This document shows positions 55,389-64,000 of a DNA stretch of 64,000 nt, piece after piece. The stretch spans positions 122,636,001-122,700,000 of the forward strand of contig OZ024745.1 in assembly GCA_964016885.1 (NCBI GenBank). The letters are read 5' to 3'. The notes below the pieces were generated by a model. The model made no database searches, was not told the origin of the DNA, and saw nothing but the letters and a program-made list of their open reading frames with translations. This stretch comes from Eledone cirrhosa. Lineage: Eukaryota. Position 1 is the stretch's first letter; each line of letters starts with the position of its first letter. Made by a program: the position numbers and the translations under genes.

Positions 55389-58346
55389 TCCAATTCTCTC
55401 TATCACCTTTATGATAGAATAACAAAGCTATGAGGAAGCAAGATGGCCAACCTATTGGACTTCCTATTGAATTTTCTGAGTGTTTTTCATTGTGTACCTG
55501 AGCATACACTAACTATTTCCAGCACATCTCCCTTACCATCCTCCGGGGAAATGCCTTCTCCATTCTGTTTGCCGGGGCTGTGGGGAGGCCAGCATGTGGG
55601 ACCCCATTTGCTCACCATACAGAGAGAGATGGGGAGGGCGAGAGAGATGGAGGCGATGACAGTGGGAGTTCAGCTCTTCCACATTCTGACCATATCCTTG
55701 TGGTTGTGTTCATTAAGCAGTTAATGAGTTTGCCAAAGGTGTTATATTATCCTGTTTATATCTTCTAAAACTTGTTCTTCTCCTAACAGAAAATAAACAC
55801 TAACTATTTGTATCAAATTTCGAATAGATACACTGTATCCCTGTGGCTAAAAGAATAGACACCAGCGAAGGTATTGACCCCAAACCAATGACTCAAAAGG
55901 ACCCTATAATTAGTATGAAACCTATGATGGAGCTCATAAAGATAACCACTGCCTTAGAAGAGAAAATTACTTCAAAATGCTTGTTGTTGGTGTCTGAGCT
56001 TAACACTGTATATTTTTCATGACCTCAGTTCTCCTAATGCACTGTTGTGAATAGCTACCAGATCTCAAGAAAATGTTATTCCTTGATAGACTGAGTGTTG
56101 TTGTAGTTGTTTATCAGGTCCACCCACATGGAGCAGACTTACATTCAAATGCATTCTTGGTATGGTAAATTCAGGCAGAGTATCTATGACTATTTTAGCC
56201 AATATGTTTTTGCCTATTTAAGATGCTATTGTGTATGTGGAGTGAAATTTGGGTACCACATACTTTTTCTATTTGGCTTGTAATAGACTGGTATGTGAAG
56301 AATTGATGACAGTTATATTGTTGTCATAACAGGCAGTTTCACTGGTCATGCTATAAAACCTACAGTAATTGTAGCATACAAGTTGATCTGATATACAAGT
56401 TGAGGTAGCATACAAGTTGAGCTGGCATTTCATGTTGAGCTGGCATATAAATTAATCTTTATATTCTAAGCTCAAAAATTCTGTTATGCTACTGTAGCAA
56501 GCAATGGCACTACTTTATCGCAGTGGAGTAATTGAGTCGTGCTTGGTCAGTCGCCAGCCCTTTGGGTTGGTGGTGGAGGAATACAAAGAACGACTGTTGC
56601 CCAGCAGTTGCTTTCCTGCCTAAGTATCAATTCTCCGGCAGTTACGTTCCAGATTTTCGACTGAGTGGTACTACATAACTCGTTCCTCATTTTCTTCATC
56701 CTTCCTTCCAATGCCGGGAGTAATAACTATATATAACTCTGCGAGGAATTACATTTCTATCGTTCAACTTAATTATGAGATATGTTGCAGCACTTCACTC
56801 TCTTGTACTTATATTAACATGAAGAAGTAAATAAAATTGTTATTATGTTTTAACATATGCCTTCTGATCTGATCCTTTCCTCAGCTATGAAACATGAATA
56901 CGCAGCCTTACAATTTATCTTCTTTAAGGATCCTTTCTGCTACCAATACAATATACAACCAAATGTCTAATTGCTAAACTACTATATAAGTCAACCACCA
57001 AATATTCCATAGTTTCTATTAGGGTTGTTGTTATTGATGGCTGACCTAAGGATGTTCAAAGTCATGACAATAATATTCGATCCAGGGCCTTTTCACTCCT
57101 GCCAGAGGAACCCCTCCCTGATTGACCTCCACCAGTTTCTGTTTTGGTTTTGGTCATGTAAGGGGTGTAGCTGTACTCACCACACTTGGTCAATTGCGGG
57201 TTGTTGAGGCTGTTTAACCCATAGCTGGGTAAACTCATTTCTACAGCTGAGTGAACTGGAGCAACGTGAAATAAAATGTTTCGCACAAGAACACAACGTA
57301 AAGCCTGGTCTGAGAATCAATAATAATATACACACTGTATATTATATTAAAATATGATATTAAATAAACCATAATCTTTGATTACTGCCCAAGGGTTGCT
57401 TTTTATTATTATCATATATCACTGTCAATCCATTTATTAAGTATATTAAATAAGTTCGTTAGGAAATATTTGCTGGAGTTACAGTAAGGTATATCCAGTA
57501 ATTGCTAAGAGCTGTGTTCCACTTGTTAACCACAAGGCAGTACAGATTTGAATTTTATCCATTTTTCTTCTTCTTCTTTGCCCACTTATTCCTGAGAGGG
57601 TTGTGGGGGCAGAGTCCTCAAACACTCCTTCCAGAGGGTCCTGTCAGAAGCAACCATCTCCAACTGATCCGGCTGGATCCCAAGCAAGACCAGCCAAGCT
57701 CATGAATGTTATCCAACCTATATGTTGGTTTCATCCATGAAATCTGTCCAGCGATTCTTTCCTGAAACATTCGAACCACATGCCCATAGTATCGGAGCTG
57801 TGATCTCTCAATTCAGAGAAGCCGTAGCTCTACCTGGAGTGACTCTCTGATCTCTGAGGTATGCACTTTATCAAGTAACGTTACTCCAAAAACCCTTCGG
57901 AGGAATCTCATTTTGGCTGTTTGTATTTGTGAATTTTATCCCTTCCCTATAATTCAAATCCTAATTTTAGAGACATATTTTTATGCTTAAACATCAGCTT
58001 GTACAACAAAAGTTGGTATTTGTCTGCCATAATCAAAGAACATGCCAGCTATGATCAGCTCTTGAGGTAGCTTGCACCACAAGAGCCTTAAAGAACTAGT
58101 CTTTAAACGAGAACTGTGTTTCTTATGAAAACCTTGCAACAAGCCAGAGATAAGTTCAATTAGTGGGGTAGGATACCAGTTAGACAGCAAGGAAGAGAGT
58201 ATCTGAAGCTTGCAGGTATTATTAGAAAGAGAGTGGAAATAATATCATGATGCTTGATAAGAATTCAGGTGTCAGATTAATTTCACCATGAACCAAACTG
58301 AGTATTACAAACTTTGTTAATGTTCTGTATTTCAAAGTAATGTGTT

Positions 58347-58390
58347 TCTAGTGGTTAGGATTCCTGGCTTTCACCCAGGTGGCCCAGGTT
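58347..58390 (+). pseudogene. tRNA-Glu(TTC) fragment
   Basis: TCTAGTGGTTAGGATTCCTGGCTTTCACCCAGGTGGCCCAGGTT matches the D arm, anticodon arm (CCTGG/CCAGG, anticodon TTC at 58370-58372) and variable loop of eukaryotic tRNA-Glu. The acceptor stem and T loop are absent. Confidence 0.75.
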
Positions 58391-59557
58391 AGGAACTCTG
58401 ATCATTTAGACATGACAAAAAGTGGCCAGCCCACACTGCAAAGTGGCTATGTAGGTGTTATAAGCACCCAGTCCACACTGTACAGTGGTTGTGTAGGTGT
58501 CACAACAAAAATCACCCAGTCCACACTGTACAGTGGTTGTGTAGGTGTCACAACAAAAATCACCCAGTACTTACTGTAAATGAGGTTGGTGTTAGGAAGG
58601 ACATACAACTGTATAGAACAAGCCAAAATCAGTTCTGGGTGTGCAAGACGACCTAGCATTTCCCACAATGGGACAACCCGTCTAACCCCTGCTCACATGG
58701 AAAAATAGTCATGGAATGGTGATGATGATGATGTGTTGTAAGAATGATAATATTATTGAGGTTAAGTGTGACAATGGCATGGAAGTGTGTCTAAGACAGA
58801 TAGTGTAAACATATTGCAACTGGGAACAACTGAAGGAGCAGTTATTAAAGAGAGTTTCAGTATGATTAGTAAAGCTAATAATAGCCAAAAATAATTAGAA
58901 AGAGCTGCTAAGATGCTGAAAGCACCATTCTATGTAACTGTGTATTTACTTAATTCATCAGGCTACTGTGGCTGTTTAACACCAGGTCATCCTTGATTGA
59001 GTAGAACTATAATCAAAGGTTTTTCCAGTCAGGATCCTTGTTTAACTAGGACTACATTGTCCAGTGGGCTAGATGTGTTGCTATTTCTAGCAGCTTGAAT
59101 GACCATGTACAGGCCTTTCACTACTGACTCAAGTTCATCAGGAAATGTAAGAAAGTATTAGCTTGGATGGCTGAGACATAGTAATTTCATTATAAACTAG
59201 TACAAAGGTAAAGAATATGCACTGCAAAGGGTAAGTTACAGGGGCCTCAACCTGAATAACCATTCCTTAACCCATTAACATATAAACTGGCTGTATCCGG
59301 CCAGATTTCCCTCACCTCTTTCTGTTCAAACCGGCTGTAACCGGCAGCTCATACTTATGTTAAGGTATTGGTCTCAAAATAAATAACATCAAAATCTCTT
59401 AGATTTGATATTATGTGAGATAATTATGTGAGGTAAAGTGCTTACCATGAAAATAAAATAGTAAATATAGAGTAATGTAAATGCTAAAGGGTTAAACAAA
59501 GTAGAAATGTCTTTAGAAGAATCTAGAAAGGAAGTAATGATGCAAAAAGTATTTTAC

Positions 59558-59638
59558 CTTCTTGATTTTCCTAATTTCCTCATTTTCCTCGGCCAATCGG
59601 TGATTTGACAACTTTCTTTCAGCCTTATATTTTAGGAG
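59558..59638 (-). CDS. RASGRF: Ras-GRF exon (end of coiled coil, before IQ): LLKYKAERKLSNHRLAEENEEIRKIKK
   Basis: Acceptor cttttcag and donor gtaaaa on minus strand; 81 nt, phase 0/0. It ends in IRKIKK, like the IKKIKK that precedes VQSF in vertebrate RasGRF, and joins the next exon in frame. Confidence 0.85.
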
Positions 59639-60420
59639 CTGAAAAGATACAATAAAATATAATAATAATAAAATAGAAAGTTTAATATGTTTGCAAAGAG
59701 ATCACAAATTATATATCAATTTGAAGATAAACATTGACATGAACTAAGTAAATCTGACATAAAGTAGTTTTAATTCTTCAGAATAATGCAATGAAGTGAA
59801 ATTTTAATGTACATCTTGATATTCAAGTGATTAAAATATCATTTCATATGTCATAATGTAATATAGTTTACAGTAAAATCATTATATAAAAGATGTTGAA
59901 ACATCGGTATTTAGTATAAAATTAAAGCTTAATTTTCTATTATCTGTTCTCTGATTGTATGAGGAGTGATGAAGAAGAATATGGAGGAAAATAAGGGAAG
60001 GGCAAAATCAAAAAGCAATGGCTAAAGAAGCTGGAGGAAAAAATGAAAGCCAGGGGGTTAATGAAGTGGGATACGGTTGATAGAGAAAAAAAAGTAGCTT
60101 ATTATAAAGCTCACAAGGCTAACTCCAGCTCTAGCAGGGAAATGGCCTTAAAGGCTTGTTGTGTTGATGTTCTTGAAAATAATATATATAATAATATAAA
60201 ATCTGAAAAGTAAAAGGTGAATAATCAGTTTTTATCAACTATGAAATACCAACATTTAACCAAAGCATGGACATCAATTTGTCACTTTCTAGCATTCTTA
60301 CATGTATGGTAGGGATTCTAATTATTTTCTCACTACCATCATAATATTAACTATAAAACTACAGAGTTAATAAGGAACCCCCCCCCCACACTTATTTAGG
60401 GGCTTAATTTCTAAAGGCAT

Positions 60421-60451
<31 letters not shown>

Positions 60452-60480
60452 ATATAATTTAGAGTTTACACTCAGGGGTC

Positions 60481-60541
<61 letters not shown>

Positions 60542-61149
60542 TATATATATATATAGAGAGAGAGAAAGAGAGAGAGGTAGAACACTGGAAGGTAATATCC
60601 ATCGTGGTAGAGCACTCAGTCCACGGTATAAGTTTGGTAGAAGTAGTAACTGTTGTGTTACTACTTCTACCAAACTTATACCATGGACTGAGTGCTCTAC
60701 CACATTGGTTGGGGTTGCTTCCCTATATATATATATATATATACATATATATCATCATCATCATCATCATCATCATTTTACGTCCGCTTTTCCCTGCTTG
60801 CAAGGGTGGGACGGGTCTTATTCAGCACAGCATCTCTCCACTCGTCACGGTCCCTCGTCATCTTCCACGCTAGCATGGGTTAGACAGGTCCTATTTTGAA
60901 GCAAGCTGTGTCGGGTGACTGTGTCTTGCTCAAATAGGGGTGTTTCTGGCTGTTTTTCTACAGCTGGATGCCCTTCCTAACGCCAACCGCATTCCTATTA
61001 TATATATATATATATATATGAAATATAAGAATCAAAGAACTGTTCAAAACATTATTGTGCTTACAGCTGTTTCCTCCAAACCGAGGTTTGGATTCTTCGT
61101 GACTACTTATATATATGTATATATATAAGTAGTCACAACAGTTACCATA

Positions 61150-61190
61150 CCGAGAACAATTGTTTCACCTTAAGCGGATCTTCAGCTCAG
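61150..61190 (-). ncRNA. Minimal hammerhead ribozyme motif (second family)
   Basis: Minus strand CTGAG CTGAAGA TCCGCTTAAGGT GAAA CAATTG TT CTCGG: stem I CTGAG/CTCGG, palindromic stem III CAATTG, GUU triplet; stem II is weak. Confidence 0.55.
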
Positions 61191-63182
61191 ACTGGCAGTT
61201 TGTATAAATCCATTCTGATGTTGGTGAGACACAAAGTGGTGTAGAGAGCGCTCACAGGGTAGAAAGCCAAACTCCCACGTAGTGAAGAATCTGCTAAAAG
61301 CCAAACTTCCACATGATGAAAAGTCTCTGCTGACCGGTGCTGGAGATGTAGATAGAGGAATAACACTGGAAGGTAATATCCTTCGTGGTAGAGCACTCAG
61401 TCCATGGTATAAGTTTGGTAGAAGTAGTAACTGTTGTGTTACCACTTCACTTTATTTCACATTGCTCCAGTTTACTCAGCTGTAGAAATGAGATGATAGG
61501 ACTGGGGTCCCTATCATTTCCATGCAAAGTGGTCATGGAGGTGCCACGGAAAAACAGCACCCAGCACACACTGTAAATGAGGTTGGTGTTAGGAAGGGCA
61601 TCCAGCTGTAGAAATCAAGCCAGATATCAGTTCTCGTATGGGCAAGACAAGGTCAGCTGACCAGACACTGCCCACAACAGGATAACCCGTCTAACCCATG
61701 CAAGAGTGGAAGAACAGACGTAAAATGGTAATGATGATGATGATGATGATGATATATACTCTTTAGTATTTAAACAGGCTGTATCCGGCCAGAATTCTCT
61801 CACCTCTTTCTGTTCAAACCAACCATAACCGGCCACTCATACAAATGTTAAGGTATTGTTCTCAAAATAAATAACATCAAAATCTCATAGATTCAATATT
61901 ATGTGAGATAATTATGTGAAATAAAATGTTTACCGTAAAAACACAATAATAAATATAGAGTAATGTAAATGCTAAAGGGTTAAGAGAATAAAATGAAAGA
62001 GAATTAAAGTAAAGCCAACAATAAAATAAACTAAATGAAACATGCAAGTCTTATTGGAGCCTTAGAAAAGATTTTTCTTTTCCAGGACTCATATTTGACT
62101 GTCATGCCTTGTAGAAGTAACTTATTAATTGGCAACAGTTAATGGTAAATAGTCTGTTGTGAAGGAGCCAGTATGAAAGAAATAACAAATAAATATTCGG
62201 AAAAAAATGTTCACCAATAGATCTTTCAGTTTATTTATTCAAAAACAAATTTGGAAAGTGAAGATTTATAATAAAAAACAGGCAACTTTTATCTTTATTT
62301 CCTTTCTTCTTATAGTCTGCCATTTTTATACCAAAAGCGAAGCACTCTTCACTCTTAAGTATTTTTCTTAAACCAAAGTATTTTCAAAATATTGTTCTTG
62401 TACTTCCAAAGATTATGTTGGTGAAAAAAAAATTATTCGTTACTTAATAATTTTATTTGTTATTAAATAATTTCGTTATTGTATACTTCCATTCTTTAAT
62501 GCTTTCATTTATTGAACATTTTCTGTATTTACTGTAGGTTAAATGTAAATCCAGACATCTTTTGGTCATGTCTTTCAATTTTTTTATCGGTACTGAATAA
62601 TATCAATCAAGATAATGTTATAGATTTTATATTCATGTGTAATGTTTTTTTTCTACAACTCTAAATTGTAAAAAAAAAAAAAAAAATTAATCAAAATAAT
62701 ATTCATCAAAATTATTGTAATCTACACCTTTAAAAATATATTTCTGCAAAGTTTCATAAAAAAATGCATTATTAAAAAGTTATGAGGAAATGAAGCCAGA
62801 GGAGAGACACTAAACTATAGTTATGCCTCAAATATTAGATAAAATACACAATTATGCTACAAATAAAAAAAAAATCACAATTTTATATATGTGATATCCA
62901 TTATGACATAACTATTGTAAAATATCAATACAACAATACAGTATGATTTTTAAAACATCTTCTCCACTAAAGCAGGATTTAACCTCGTTAAACCCTTTGA
63001 AATGATGTCCTTTTCAATGCAAGTTCTGATAGCTGGATACCCTTCTTGGTGCCAACCCTTCTAGTCACCTCTATGACATAGGGTGCAAAATATGAATAGG
63101 GAATGAAAATAAAAAAACAAAATGGAGAATAGAAGTCCATGTAAAAGACTGTTCTTGTTTAGTGTTGTGTGAGAGTACGAAG

Positions 63183-63218
<36 letters not shown>

Positions 63219-63309
63219 GGGGGGGGGGGGGGGGGGGAGGGGGGGAGGGGGGGGGTAGAATGGGCTGGACCACTATATATAAATAATAGTGGCCTGAGTA
63301 AGTGGGGAA

Positions 63310-63621
63310 GTTGGTACTAGTTCCACAGTTTGTGTGTTGATAGTCAAAGTTAGTACTAGTTCCACAGTTTGTGTGTTGATAATCAAAGTTAGTACTAGTT
63401 CCACAGTTCGTGTGTTGATAGTCAAAGTTAGTACTAGTTCCACAGTTTGTGTGTTGATAATCAAAGTTAGTACTAGTTCCACAGTTTGTGTGTTGATAGT
63501 CAAAGTTAGTACTAGTTCCACAGTTTGTGTGTTGATAATCAAAGTTAGTACTAGTTCCACAGTTTGTGTGTTGATAATCAAAGTTAGTACTAGTTCCACA
63601 GTTTGTGTGTTGATAGTCAAA
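63310..63621. repeat. Minisatellite, 8 x 39 bp
   Basis: Unit GTTAGTACTAGTTCCACAGTTTGTGTGTTGATA(G/A)TCAAA; accounts for the repetitive ORFs at 63061-63666. Confidence 0.97.
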
Positions 63622-64000
63622 TGTGGAGTTCAAGTCACAGTTCAAGTTAGCGTGTTGGATTGTTGATTCTTAAAAGATTGTTGTTCTGTTACGTGTGGTT
63701 ATTGCTATTGTGTGTGTGACAGCTCACACCTATGCAGGTTTAGCTGGCCTCCTCCAAGGTATATCTCGTTGGAGGTGTCTTGGGTAATTTAATGATAGGG
63801 ACCCCAGTCCTATCATCTCATTTCTACAGCTGAGTAAACTGGAGCAACCAGTAACTGAGTAAACTGAGTAAACACATCACTCGGTCCAAGAATTGAACTC
63901 ACAACCATTCAATTGCAAGCCCAATGTTCTAACCACTAAGCCATGTGCCATTGGTTTCGATTATATTGTTATTACACTGTTGCAGTGTATTCGTTTATCC

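Noticed and set aside
55860-56400. Possible decayed DIRS-like or other retroelement coding remnant (also about 57990-58930, CR1/L2-like)
   Set aside because: Only vague motif similarity across many stops; cannot be supported without a profile search.
59095-59150. Minus-strand CTGATGA...GAAA hammerhead-like spacing (also 15350 and about 19325-19385)
   Set aside because: Stem I cannot form and/or there is no valid stem III-UH site; likely chance matches or too decayed to call.

Overview
AT-rich eukaryotic genomic DNA, not prokaryotic. The repeat landscape ((TA)n/(CA)n/(CAT)n microsatellites, tRNA-derived SINEs, RTE/CR1/CRE LINE remnants) suggests an octopus or other coleoid cephalopod; that assignment is an inference. 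The window lies inside one minus-strand gene, a Ras-GRF (RASGRF1/2-like) exchange factor. Six GT-AG exons (59558-59638, 43414-43667, 17443-17522, 14472-14665, 6848-6958, 4222-4339) splice in frame and encode the coiled-coil end, IQ motif and DH domain up to the start of PH2. The introns (2.5-26 kb) hold about 19 copies of a TTAA/piggyBac-type MITE, several SINE families, mariner, pogo-like, hAT-like and Helitron-like pieces, decayed RTE, CR1, CRE and two kinds of Penelope-like elements, and two minisatellites. Most ORFs in the track are microsatellite artefacts. The most interesting signal is a set of type-I hammerhead ribozyme motifs in short non-coding elements embedded in (TA)n tracts. Two homologous copies (9615-9675 +, 32322-32386 -) have intact cores and a compensatory base-pair change, and some motifs lie sense to the RasGRF pre-mRNA. 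Also noted: an unexplained G-U-rich three-way-junction fold (56525-56636) and a possible alternative coding exon in the 26-kb intron. All structure and homology calls were made by eye; repeat boundaries are approximate.
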